Source of the DNA: Priapulus caudatus
Lineage: Eukaryota
Direction: 5' to 3'
DNA length: 64,000 bases
NCBI RefSeq assembly: GCF_000485595.1
Contig: NW_014577076.1
Location: 124,001 to 188,000, forward strand
In this document: piece after piece, positions 12,001-23,700 of the stretch
Layout of the letters: every line of letters starts with the position of its first letter
Position numbering within the stretch: position 1 is the stretch's first letter
The notes under the pieces: model-generated
Database searches by the model: none
The model's input: the letters and a program-made list of their open reading frames with translations, nothing else
What the model was told of the DNA's origin: nothing
Made by a program: the position numbers and the translations under genes

Positions 12001-12739
12001 ACCTGCTTACCAAAAATCGAAGCCTGACCGAGCGGCGGATATTATCTCGAGCGCATTTCCTGTTGACTGTTGACGTACGCATTCCCAATGGCCATGCGCA
12101 TAGCGATCGGCAAACGCGAGCGCCCTCCATATTGGTCATGTGAATCCGCTCCTTCAAACGAAGTCGTCACAGGTCAACAGAAATGACGCCTCAGTATATA
12201 ATCGCCGCTCGTCACTTCGAATTTTTGTAACAGGTTATATTAGTTTAATACAGAGTAATGTGATACATAGCAAGTTCCAAGATAGCGGAGAAAGGTTCGT
12301 GTTGAGAATAAACCCAGTTTGGAAGTTCTAGTCTCCGAAAACGCACCAGCAAACCGCCCCGAGTGATTCACTCAGGGGTTCCCTGAATTTCCTCCACAGA
12401 AAACCATAGCGACGCGTTGTAACCCTATCCTGGGTTTGGGTTATATTATTGTATCTATAGAGCCATTTGCTTTAGTGGGAGTGAAGGGGCCACACTGGCG
12501 GTAGAGCTACTGAGTACTGTGTTCCTGGCTTTGGCTTTTTTTTAATGAAAAAACGGAATACGTAACGGTACGTGGGCCTAACCGGCTACGAAATATGACA
12601 ACATCGTGAAGTTGAACATTGGCATTGCTGCGTGCATGCAACTTTTTAATTGTACTTACAACCCTGTCAGAGCCAACGAAAGCGTCGTTACTGTAGCAAG
12701 CAGTGAAACTATGTCTATCAAACTGATATCCATAATCAT
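3011..12739 (-). CDS. SLC50A1: Sugar transporter SWEET1 (MtN3/saliva family), 231 aa; exons 12739-12660, 6695-6618, 6379-6256, 5790-5629, 4628-4509, 3142-3011
   Basis: Six exons (80, 78, 124, 162, 120, 132 nt), all GT-AG with matching phases. Translation MIMDISLIDIVSLLATVTTLSLALTGLPICKKIYDRGGTLDTSAFPFIAATSSCILWLKYGIMKDDWTMISVNAAG...FCASPLEKMSHVIRTRSTDSMSFPLSFVTFLVSLEWWLYGYLVHDYFIQVPNCIG... shows both MtN3 repeats (WLxYG...VN; SPL...VIRTRST..MSFPL; WxxYG...PN). Confidence 0.95.
3472..4449. mobile_element. Foldback element, CAGGAGTG-ended family, 7-bp TSD (P-superfamily-like), in SWEET1 intron 5
   Basis: Terminal inverted arms of about 240 bp starting CAGGAGTGAATAATAATAG; TSD ATAACAT at 3465-3471 and 4450-4456; two internal hairpins (about 3708-3920 and 3920-4202), the second enclosing TTAGGG-like repeats. 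Confidence 0.85.
4711..4958. mobile_element. Palindromic Penelope-like (pLTR) fragment with a hammerhead-ribozyme-like motif on each strand
   Basis: Near-perfect palindrome with arms of about 120 bp; the + arm reads TTTGAGAAAG-CCTCC-TGATA-GGAGG-TGAAAC-GT-cagtagt-AC-GTTT (4868-4913), the core/stem II/GAAA/stem III layout of minimal PLE hammerhead variants. Confidence 0.55.
5298..5624. mobile_element. MITE (PIF/Harbinger-like, TWA target) inserted in the donor site of SWEET1 intron 4
   Basis: Imperfect TIRs of about 40 bp (GGCCATAATGAAAA...TGTTTGCCCTCACCCGACC versus GGTCGGGTGAGGCCAAACAA...ATCATAACC); internal CCGAC motifs; flanked by TTG (5295-5297) and TTA (5625-5627). Confidence 0.6.
7348..8594. 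mobile_element. hAT-like non-autonomous element with 5-bp TSD, carrying two nested MITEs (about 7577-8055 and 7810-7986)
   Basis: Perfect 15-bp TIR CAGGGGTCGAAATTA/TAATTTCGACCCCTG; ATAGT on both sides; repeated subterminal GGTATCC/GGATACC motifs; inner TIR pairs CAGGCCCGTAGCCAG (right end degenerate) and CAGGGGCGTGT/ACACGCCCCTG. Confidence 0.75.
9237..10995. mobile_element. hAT-like non-autonomous element (CAGTGCTCGAAATAAG TIR) with 6-bp TSD, host of a THAP-bearing insertion
   Basis: Left TIR at 9237, noisy right TIR ending at 10995 (clean version CTTATTTCGAGCACTG in the duplicate at 14344-14359); CTGTAA at 9231-9236 and 10996-11001; many GGACAAC/GTTGTCC subterminal motifs. Confidence 0.75.
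9382..10237 (+). mobile_element. Non-autonomous P-element-like transposon retaining a THAP-domain first exon (about 9544-9629)
   Basis: TIR CAAAGATCGTAGAGTGC...ACAAGATAAACCACTC / GAGTGGTTTATCTTGTGCACTCTACGATCTTTG; perfect 8-bp TSD CTCTAAAC (9374-9381, 10238-10245); frame SAYCSAVNCSNCQCKPDLSFFRFPKNTER ends at donor AG|GTGAG; the empty site is visible in the paralogous host near 27555. Confidence 0.85.
11411..11684. mobile_element. Solo TAGCTCTAG-family MITE (9-bp TSD) with nested CAAGG-ended MITE containing CCCTAA-like repeats; cleaner duplicate at 14736-14997
   Basis: In the 14736-14997 copy: TIR TAGCTCTAGTACTATAGCCCGCGGATAGCTGC and its reverse complement; TSD AGGGCAGCG/AAGGCAGCG; inner TIR CAAGGATAGAGAAC/GTTCTCTATCCTTG. 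Confidence 0.7.
11756..12457. mobile_element. Foldback element with arms of about 290 bp, TAGATAC...GTATCTA ends, 9-bp TSD
   Basis: About 12180-12457 is the reverse complement of about 11756-12070 (cleaner left arm at 15064-15340); TAGAGCCAT follows the right end (12458-12466) and precedes the left arm in the 15055-15063 copy. Confidence 0.75.
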
Positions 12740-13291
12740 CCACGCGCTTCGATTACTACTTCTACGTGAATGTTTACTACAACTAAAAAAATGCTAGTAT
12801 CTCCAGCTGTTTAGTGTTTGTATGTTTAGCGGTGTTGGCAACTGTTTCAAGTATCCACCGCCAGAGAGCAGACAGGCACTAGGTTTGTAGTAGACTGGTA
12901 CTCGCTCCCACCTCGATTACTCGATCAACTTCCCCATCGAGTAACTAAGCCGAGAGGTGTGACCGGGTACCAGTCTAGGTTTGTAAGCTTAATCGGGTGT
13001 TGCGTATACAATTTAAATACTATGATTTAAAATACGTTAGAAACTTGCACTTATCATAAGAAATAAACAAATGTACTATAATATTGTGTTGTTTTTAACT
13101 TAGAATGACAATAAAAATATTATATTTAAGCATACGGAAGCACTGTAACTGAGTACGTGTATACGCAATTACAGTACAATCAAAACAACAACACGTGTGT
13201 TACTGTTAAAACGTTGAAAAGCGGTTATAGAGTCGTAAGTGTTTATCCTTATAGTTATACCATATGCTTATACTTATAGTAGTGTCTAATA
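12740..13291. promoter_or_regulatory. Probable bidirectional promoter/5'UTR region between SWEET1 (-) and the Acl4-like gene (+)
   Basis: Divergent start codons at 12739 (-) and 13292 (+) are separated by only 552 bp. Inferred from gene geometry; no TSS data. Confidence 0.55.
12891..12977. mobile_element. 87-bp MITE, TAGACTGGTAC TIR, 9-bp TSD
   Basis: TAGACTGGTAC...GTACCAGTCTA with an internal hairpin; flanks GGTTTGTAG (12882-12890) and GGTTTGTAA (12978-12986). Confidence 0.7.
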
Positions 13292-16200
13292 ATGGGAAAG
13301 TTAACGAAACGGAAGGACAAGAAGAAACCAAAACGAGGACACAAAAAAGGTTTTGATAATTATAAAATGCTAAGTAAATGTCGCAGTACGTGACGATTGT
13401 CGTTTCTATAGCTCTAGTACTACTACTACTACTACTAGTACTATACTGTACTACTACTATTACTACTACTAGTACTACTACTAGTACTAGTACTACTAGT
13501 ACTACTACTACTAGTACTACTACTACTACTACTATTACTACTACTAGTACTACTACTAGTACTAGTACTAGTAGTAGTAGTACTATAACCCGCGTACAGT
13601 TGCCACCAGCAGCCAGCGGCAACTGTACGCAGGCTATAGTACTAGAGCTAGTGTCACTATAGCTCTAGTAGTAGTAACTATATATAGCCCGCGTACGGTT
13701 GCCGCTGCGTTCCGTATGCGGGCTATAGTTACTAGAGCTAGTGTCACTATAGCTCTAGAACTATAGCCCTCCGCTCCGCCGCAGGGCTATAGAACATACT
13801 ATGGCAATTTCCAGGGAGTAAGCAAAGACAATGTATTTCCAAGTGGAGGGGTGGGCAGGTTGCATGAGGTTGCAAACCGCGCTAGCGCTGCGCAACGAAA
13901 AATGGCGGTTTGCAACCCCGTGCAACCTGCCCACCCCTCCACTTGGAAATACATTGTGCCCGCTCACAAGCGCCGTCCCCCCTCCTTGGAATCCTAGACC
14001 CGCCATTGAACAATTACATATCTTGGGAGCAGAGAACAATGAACAAAAATGGCGCCCAAAACAAAGATTGCAGAGCTGAGAGGTAGAGGAGCCGTAGGGT
14101 GTGGAGAGGGAGGCGAAGGAGCCAGTTAAATATTAAGTCATCCACTATTTTGCGCAGTTCGCTGTTTTTGGCCCCCCTTGTTAAAAAATCCTGGCTACGC
14201 CACTGTTTTTTGGGTGTTTTCTGATCATATTATTATGTGATTGAAAATAGGAGATTTGGAGATATTTTTTGGGACAACCAGAAATTGTTGCGGACAACCC
14301 GATTTGATGCTGGGGTTGTCCGCAGGACAACCACATTTTTTTTCTTATTTCGAGCACTGCTGTAAGGAGAAGGTAAGTCAACTGCTTATAGTGATCACAT
14401 TATGAGTGAAACACAACAAGATATACACAATAATTACAGTAATATATTTGTAAAGTAGTTGAACACAATAATCGATTTAATTTTGCCACCCAATGTCAAT
14501 GAGTTTTGGTATTGCGATCGTTTGTGTTAACTACATAAGGGGTGTTAATACCACATTTGTGTTAATTCCATAAGTGGGCCAATTTGGTAATGTTATGGTG
14601 ATTTAAATGAGAATTTCTAGCTGGTCGGCCTACAAGTTAACGTTGCCGGCTAGGGTGATTTTTTATTTGTGCTACGGTCTACAGTCTACAGAGTACAGCC
14701 CAGGCTACTCGCCTACAGCCTAGTACAGGGCAGCGTAGCTCTAGTACTATAGCCCGCGGATAGCTGCTGCAGCCGGCCCAAGGATAGAGAACATGGGTCC
14801 CAATAAAACCAATGTGCCTAACCCTATCCCTAATCCTAACCCTAACAATAACCCTAACCATAACCCTAACCTATTATATTGATATAATATTATATTTATA
14901 TTGATGTAAATGACATTGGTTTTATTAGGACCCCTGTTCTCTATCCTTGAACCCCGCAGCCTGCGGCAGCTATCCGCGGGCTATAGTACTAGAGCTAAAG
15001 GCAGCGATGCCGGACAACCTGTAAACATTCTTAAATTTTCGGCATAGGTTGTAGTAGAGCCATTAGATACAATAATGTAACCCAAACCCAGGATGAGGGT
15101 TACAACACGTCTCTATGGTTTTCTGTGGAGGAAATTCAGGGAACTCCTGAGTGAATGACTCAGGGCGGTTTGCTGGTGCGTTTTCAGAGACTAGAAACTT
15201 CCAAACTGGGTTTATTCTCAACACGAACCTTTCTCCGCTATCTTGGAACTTACTATGTATCACAATACTCTGTATTAAACTAATATAACCTGTTACAAAA
15301 ATTCGAAGTGACGAGCGGCGGATATTTCGAGTGCCATTTCTNNNNNNNNNNNNNNNNNNNNNNNNNGTTGTCTTTGCTTACTCCCTGGAAATTGCCATAG
15401 TATGTTCTATAGCCCTGCGGCGGAGCGGAGGGCTATAGTTCTAGAGCTAGTGTCACTATAGCTCTAGAACTATAGCCCTTCGCTCCGCCGCAGGGCTATA
15501 GAACATACTATGGCAATTTCCAGGTAGTAAGCAAAGACAACTTTTTACGGTTAACAACTTCTTTGGTACGCCAAATAAAGCACATTCTCTGTCGCACAAA
15601 TGTCTTAAGTTACTGCAAACACTAAAATTAAACTGCAAACTAACGGTTAAATGCTGTACTTGCTATATTACTCAACAACGAAGATTATTTACAAACTTGT
15701 CACCGCCATTTTTCATTGCGGGGCGCTAGCGCGGTTCTGGCGCCAGTGAGCGGGCACAATGTATTTCCAAGTGGAGGGGTGGGCAGGTTGCACGCGGTTG
15801 CAGGCTGTTGCGGCAGACAGAAGACCGATGGCAAAGACCCGCGTATCGATGGAGAAACAGGAGAATACGCGCGTATCGATGGCAACAGAAACAGAAACAG
15901 AAATAGAAACGACGGTGTTGATATAACCGCGTGCAATCTGTCCACCCCTCCACTTGGAAATACATTGTGCCCGCTCACTGGCGCCGGAACCGCGCTAGCG
16001 CCGCGCAACGAAAAATAGCGGTGACAAGTTTGTAAATTATTTTCGTTGACGAGTAATATAGCAAGTACAACATTGAACCGTTAGTTTGCAGTTTAATTTT
16101 AGTGTTTGCAGTAACTTAAGACATTTGTGGGACAGACATGGGCGTACATAGCGGGGGGCAGGGGGTGCACCTGCCACCCCCCCCCCAGAAATATAAATTT

Positions 16201-19200
16201 TCAACCCGTAGCGGGGTCATAACAATGTTTCCAGGGGTAGCTCGCTCTGGTCTAAGTCTTCTCTCATCTACTGCCCCCCCCCCCCAACTGAAAATTTCCT
16301 GTGTACGGCTTTGGCGACAGAGAATGTTCTTTATTTGGCGTACCGAAGAAGTTATTAACCGTAAAAAGTTGTCTTTGCTTACTACCTGGAAATTGCCATA
16401 GTATGTTCTATAGCCCTGCGGCGGAGCGGAGGGCTATAGTTCTAGAGCTATAGTGTCACTATATAGCTCTATCAGACCTCAGTAGCTGTCAGTACATGAT
16501 CAGTACTACTAGTACTAGTACTACATGTGACCGAGTCGTGACGTGATTTGAACGACATCTATTTATATATTTGGCGCTTGTCCTACTGCTGCTGCTGCTG
16601 CTGCTGCTCTGCTGCGATGCACTTTCTCGCTGTACCCGTGACATGTTACAGCATGTTTACACATCGTACGACATCGTTTGTGGCTCCATCTTCTGGGAAT
16701 TTGTACTTTTTTAGCTTTTTATCACATACTATAGTACGTATTGGTTATTTTCTTAGATTCTGATTCGCACGCGCTATACCATCGTACGTACAACATAGTA
16801 CAACATAGTACAATATCATAGTACATATCATAGTACATATCAAATATCATAGTACAATATCATAGTACAACATAGTACAATATAGAACAAGCAGACAAAT
16901 GCCTACCATTGAATGTCCAAACTTTGATAACTGTGACTATAGAGATCTAACGTTTCACCAGGATAGATCGTAAATGGTAAACAAAAACCAGAGCAAAATG
17001 CTAATAATTAAAAGAAATGTAGGTTCTGATTTTATTACTATTCATACAGAGGTAAGACAGATATGCACAAAATATGCACACAAAATACAGCCAAATTGGC
17101 ACATTGTATGCAGTTTTCATGGTTTCAAAGTGTCCCTGTCTCGGCCGGCTCTCAAACGGGGCATTTTCTCACCGGATGCAGAGGCGCGTAAGTGCCTCAC
17201 CTATAGCTGCAGAGGCATGAAGCGCCGAGGCAGCTCGTCAGTAATAATAGGCGATAGAGAGTAAAGAAACATTAAGACTTATTTAACATTAAGTAGTAAT
17301 TATAGAGCTGTAACGATCCACCGAAATCGAATCGAATCGCGATTCTGTTCCCTCGATCCGATCCTCGAAGCTTTTTCCCGTATTTTCGATCCGATCCAAC
17401 CCGCTAGTACTTCTTACTGTGTGCATTGGCCAAAGCGTGTATGAGACGCCCGCTCTGATTGGTCAATAGTCCTGACTCGCCAGTCAGCTAATCAGCGGCT
17501 ACAGTACATCGCTAATATGTTTACAGGGCTGCAGTTAGACGTGACTGCTCATGTTACACTGCTTGTCGAGCGCGGACCAGTCTAGGCTGCAGTTTCCCGA
17601 GTTTAATTATGTGCTTAAAGTTATTTTGTTAAATAAAATTGAGAAAAAAGAAAGAATGTAATAGTTGGTTAAGAGTTTTTATTGCAAAATAATGAAAATA
17701 TAAACAATAAGATAACATTTCATTATTTTGGCAATCAAATCGAAGGAATCGAATCGAGAGGCTAATATCGAGATATGGATCGAATCGAGAGGCTTGTGTA
17801 TCGTTACAGCCCTAGTACTAGTAGTAAATACATTTCATGTTTATTTACCATCATTTTATTATTGAAACATTCCAAGTGCCTGTGGCTGTGGCTATGCACT
17901 CGATTGCATGCATGGCTATCTCTAGAATTATAGGATAGCCCTTCGCTCTGCCACAGGCTGACAGAACGGACAGGCCTGTAGTGGAGCGAAGGGCTATAGT
18001 TCTAGAGCTATAAAATGGCTATATATATACATCATGCACGTAGACAACACAACACACTTACGGAGGCACTTAATTTGGCCATTTTATTGATAAAATGATA
18101 GTAAATAACCACGACGTGTAATTACTACTAAAGTCTTAATGTTTATTTTACTCTCTATTGCCTATTATTGCTCTTAGGAATAATTTGTCGTAATTACCGT
18201 TCAAATGACAAATGCTCCTCTGCAACACAGTCTCACCGCACACACGCCACTGTGCACTGCACGAACTCGTAAAAAGATCTCTTATCTTTCTGTCGATAAA
18301 ATGTATGTAATTAGGAAAATGTATACATAAATTATAGCTAGGTGTGTGTGGTGTTTTGAATCATTTGTGTATACATTAAAATCCATGTAAGTCATGGGTT
18401 CCTCCCACGTCCCAAATGTCTGCCCTCTGTGTCCCTCGCTAAAATTGCGGACTGTTCGCTGGCAGCTATGGATTCGTCCGCTGACCTATGCATTCGGCGC
18501 ACGGATCCATAGCTGCCAGCGCTGCATACTGTCATAGGACGTTCCCGCGGTCGCGTGCGCCTTGCCGCGGAACTGCGCGCAAGATGTGCGCTCAGCGCTT
18601 AGGATCAACACATCCTTCGGCAACACGTCTCTGGTATCCCGTCTCTCTGGATGCTATTAAACTAGCCAGGGTTGTGAAATAGGCTTATATATCTCGATGG
18701 AACAGTGCCAGCTAGTACGATCTACACTGGTGTGATATACAATGAAATATTGTGGCTGTACTTGCCTTAAGAGTTGTCCGAATAACTTATAAAAAGATTT
18801 CCAATAATTTGGTGCACAACAGATAATCAGAATAAAAAGGGGAATAAATGCTATTTATACCACATGTTATGCATAATGATTGATTAATTTCATCGGATTT
18901 CTATAGTTCACATAAAAATAAAGTTGATCTCAGTTAGATCCATAATAAGCTATAATTACTTACAACGACTGATATTGATCGTCGTTGTAAGTAATTATAA
19001 CTTATTATGGATCTACCTGAGATAAACTTTATTTTTATGTTATGCATAATGTTGATGTATAGGAAGACATAATATACAGTTTCATAAGTGACGTAGTCAA
19101 AGGTTATCTGATTGGCCTATGATCGTTATGACAGGACCAGCACTACCCATTGACGATGAAGAGCAGGAGCATGACGTGCATGATGCAAAGAAGTCTGCAA

Positions 19201-20246
19201 AAGCTAGAAAAAAATCGGCATCCAAGTTTGGAGTTGATTCTTTATTACAAAAGGTAAGAGGAAATTGTAAGCTTTCTAACCTGGTAACAATTATACATTA
19301 TATAGTGTTACTAAGAATACTGATATTTTACATACTACAAATATTCATAGTGAGGTATAATATATTAATTTGTTAGCTAAGCAAAATATGTTGTTATGCG
19401 ATACAGTCACACCAGACTAGTAAATATGTAATTTCCTCTATTCATTTGTCTATACCAGTGACACATTTTACATATTGCATGTGCATTAAACACTGTTACC
19501 GTGTGATTGGTAAATTTGGGAATTCAATTGTAGGCGCAAGAATGCATAGACAGGTTTGACAATGACGTAGCGAAAAAGTTTTGTGACAGAGCTTTGGCCA
19601 TAGAACCAGACAACGTAAATGTTCTTGAAACAACTGCATCATTATTGCTGGAAACTGGGCAGGTTGAACAAGCTGTAAAAGTAAGTCAATTTGTATATGT
19701 ATGCAAGCATTGTAAATTACAATTTTCTTATTTTATTAAGCAAATATGTAATTGCTAAACTTTAGGAAGTGTGTTTATAAAAGTCTGGCTATAATGTTGG
19801 TGCGAGGTCAAGCAATCAGTAATTGTGTCTTTGCCTTCGTTTGTTAATAAACAGTGGGTACATCAGAGTCATCTGCTACTGTAGATGCAAATGAGCAAAA
19901 TCATTCCATATATAACGTTTGAAGCTCTTACTTCGTAATGAGCCTATACAGCTGTGGTCAATGCTTACACGAGAGATGAAATAGCTGTTACAATGGGGTT
20001 AGCCATTTACTAATCGCTTGATAGATGGCGCGCGTGCACTGTCCGGTATCACTGCTAAACAATGGCGTCTAGTTACGAAGGGAAAACCGTAAATGAATTG
20101 AAATCAGAGTTGCAAAGTAGGGGTGCAAAGACATCTGGGAGGAAAGCTGATCTGATAGAAAGGTAAATTAATTAACCTACCTGCTCTCTAAAGTAGCACG
20201 TACACGTACACGTACACGTACGCTTGCGTGTGTGTGCACGTACACG

Positions 20247-20282
<36 letters not shown>

Positions 20283-20761
20283 TGTGCACGTACAATTGCG
20301 GGACTGCGTAAGTGCGTGCGTGCGTGCGTGTGTACGTACACATGCGTGCTTGCGTGCGCACGTACACGTGCTTGCATGCATGTGCAAGTGCACGTGCGTG
20401 CATGCGTGTGTGTGCACGTACGCGTGCGTGCGTGTGTGCGTGTGTACGTACACGTGCATACATGTGCACGTACACGTGCGTTCGTGTGCATGTACACGTA
20501 CACGTACGTGCGTGCGTGCGTGCATGCGTGTGCAAGTACACGTGCGCGCGTGCGTGGGTGCGTGTGCACGTACACATGCGTTCGTCCTTGCGTGCGTGCG
20601 TGTGCACGTTACGTACACGTGCGCGCATGTGCACGTACACGTGCGTGCGTGCGTGTGCACGTACACGTGCGTGCGTGCGTGGGCACGTACACGTGCGTGC
20701 GGGCGTGCGTGCGTGTGCACGTACACGTGCGCGCGTGCGTGGGTGCGTGTGCACGTACACG

Positions 20762-20797
<36 letters not shown>

Positions 20798-23700
20798 TGT
20801 GTACGTACACGTACGTGCGTGCGTATGCACGTACATGTGCGTGCGTGCGTGCGTGCGTGTGCACGTACACGTGGGTGCGTGCGTGCGTGCGTGTGCACGT
20901 ACACGTGCGTGTGCACGTACACGTGCGTGCGGGCGTGCGTGCGTGTACACGTACACGTGCGCGCGTGCGTGGGTGCGTGTGCACGTACACGTGCGCGCGT
21001 GCGTGTGTAAGTAATGTATACCGGTCCAGATACGCACGCCATCTTGTGGTGAACTGATTGGCTAACCTCATTTGATGCAGTATCAAACTCAAGAGCTATA
21101 TGGCTTGTTCTTCCTGGTACGGCTCGTGTAAACTTTGACACTTTATGTGTCAATAATTTGATGTTTTATGGTTGTGTCCTGCCATGCTACCTGTCTTGTT
21201 TTCTAGTGTTTGCAGAAAGCAGTGAAACTGAATCCCAATGCTGGCCATACAAAATATTTGAGTTTAGGCCAGGTGCTGGAGGGTGAAGAGGCTTTAAAAA
21301 GTTATCAGAAAGCTGTGGAGCTGCTGCTAATGGCTAGAGAAGCAACTACCACTGCTGAGGTGAGTACCATATATGGAACCCGTGTGCGGTGAATGTTAAA
21401 TTGTGTGCAGGTGCCTATGTGCAGGTAGGTGCACATGTGTATTAACAGCGTTCTGCTGGTTCAAATTTTGACTACCGTGTTAAATATATGAAAAAACAGT
21501 TAATAATTTTTATTTCTTTGTTGTCATCAAAAGCAAGGTTACTTTGTCATTTTTAAATATTTACTATGTGTATAGGTGGCAGCATCAGCTAGTTCAAGTG
21601 CAGCCTGCAGTGTAGCCTCCAGTTTAGCCAGAGATATATCATCAGTATACTGTTCTATTGCTGAACTATACATGACAGACTGCTGGTAGGTGTGATAGCC
21701 CAATCAATGCTAGTTGCTGTCACTGACGTAATTACATCTGTATACTCATCAACTCCTATCACTATGTCCCTATTCATGAAATAAAAGCAAATCAGAACAC
21801 TGACTGAGTCTTTATGTCATGCATGGTGCAGATGGTATAGGCTAATTTAGAGGTCTGGGAAACAGTCTTCATTTGTCCAGCCTAGGATCTATAGCTATAC
21901 CTGCTGTATACACTGTGGGTCATTCATTTATGGTTGTGGGGCAGTTGGTGAATGACAAACTTGACAAGATAGCGACAGGTCAAACTAGACATTAATGGTG
22001 GTGAAGTCATGGTTAAATAGTCAAATATCTGATATCCCCTTTAAATTTTATTATAGGATCAGTGCACAAATTGTTCTATGTGCCAGGCTTCTATGACATT
22101 AGCTTGTGGTTCTAGCTTGTACACCATTTCATTTTCTAAATCATTATCAATGCCATTAAAAACAATTAGTATTGTGATAGGGAAAAGCATAAGTGTAGTG
22201 TTGCAGAGACCATTCTTCATGAATTTTTATTTATTATAATGTTAGTAAACAGTAAATTAAAGAAAGCCTGACCCTAAATTTGTGTTCTTGATTACCTGTA
22301 TATATAGTCAACTTGCAGTAGATTAAGCTTGCACATTAATTTCCTGCTTAATTTCTTTGTGCTCTTATGACATGACCATATCACCGGTTAATGAAGACCT
22401 TCCATTCTTTGCCATTTGTTTATAACGGGGACATAACCAATTGTTAGGTGATGTCTGACTGTTATCATTCCAAAGCCCCTTACTATGTTGCTATCAGTAA
22501 CCAGTAATACGCATAATTACTGCCATTAAATTTATCACTTTTTACAAGTTTGTGTTTCTTGTAAAGTTTTGCAGATGATGCAGAGCACAAATGCAAAGAT
22601 TACATTGAGAAAGCTATAGAGATTGATCCTACTAGTCCTGAGGCTTACCAGCTGAAAGCCAGCTATTTTATCACTATTGGTTGTACACAGGTAAGAAACT
22701 TTAATATTAGTACTATGATGGAAAAATATAGATTCAATAACAATTAAATCGAAGAAAAAAAATGTTTTTGAAGATGAGTAAAACCTGCCCAATACAGTTT
22801 TGTTAATAAAAGTATAAAATATGATCATAGCCATCATTAAGTATTTATGGTTTACTAGTTGGTTAAGGTTTTCTTATGCACACCAGCATTTAAGGATAGT
22901 TCATGGCAGGTTCACATAAATTCACATAAATAGTATGTGAAACCAAACTTGGTCAGAGAACGTTTAATTATAGATACCTGTGAGTATAACTGGAAAACCT
23001 ATAACTGTATAAACTGTATTCACTTCATTAAAGTCAACAATACAAGAAAGCCGATTAAAGTTAAAAGCTAGTGAATTCACATGAAAACAATTTAAACTCA
23101 TAGGATGCTAGAACTTCCATGGAGGAAAGTTTGTCACTATGGTTGCCTGCAATGAAACATCTACAGGAAGGAAAACTGGCTGAAACTGACAAAATTGATC
23201 CTGTTGAGGTACATATTTGCTGAGTTCTTTTATCATCCATCTGATCTGGAGAACATTACAGTAAGAAGTGTAACAGTTACATAATACTAAAATGCTGACG
23301 TATATTGATAATTGCATAATGTTTAATGTTGTCTTGCTCATATGTGGTATGTATTAAAAGAATATTCAATTAATTTTACCTTATTACTTTATTCTTAGGT
23401 CTGTCCTCTGAGTATACAAAACAGAATATCTGCAGCACAACTGCTTATTGAGCTAGAGAAATATGATGTAAGTCCATACATAATACACTGTAATGCAGTA
23501 GATTGAAGACTCACTTAAAACATCTTCATTTCTAATTCTGTAGGTGTTGATCGAGGTCTTGGATCTCACTCCAGTGTAGATTGTATTTGGCCTGTAAGTT
23601 TAATTGAATCGTGACTTGGATTTTCCTTATCAATTTGCAGTGTTGATTTGCATTATTAAATTAAATCATATTAATAATGTATTAGATAAGATTTCCCAGT

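Larger units (their letters stand above)
13409..16471. mobile_element. Tandem array of four TAGCTCTAG...CTAGAGCTA elements (13409-13650, 13660-13740, 13750-15449, 15459-16450) separated by GTGTCACTA
   Basis: Junction CTAGAGCTA-GTGTCACTA-TAGCTCTAG with the spacer at 13651-13659, 13741-13749 and 15450-15458; a fourth GTGTCACTA at 16453-16461 is padded by TA and followed by TAGCTCTA. Confidence 0.8.

Noticed and set aside
13409..16471. True CRISPR array
   Set aside because: Eukaryotic context, no cas genes, a 9-bp repeat and inserts of 81-1700 bp with TIRs; reported instead as a transposon array.
19119..19134. ATG at 19119 or 19128 as the Acl4-like start
   Set aside because: An acceptor at 19134/19135 matches the phase of the Lys-rich exon at 13292, which I prefer; not fully excluded.
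20172..21153. Six-frame ORFs of up to 321 aa (HART/RACV repeats)
   Set aside because: Translations of a satellite lacking stop codons.
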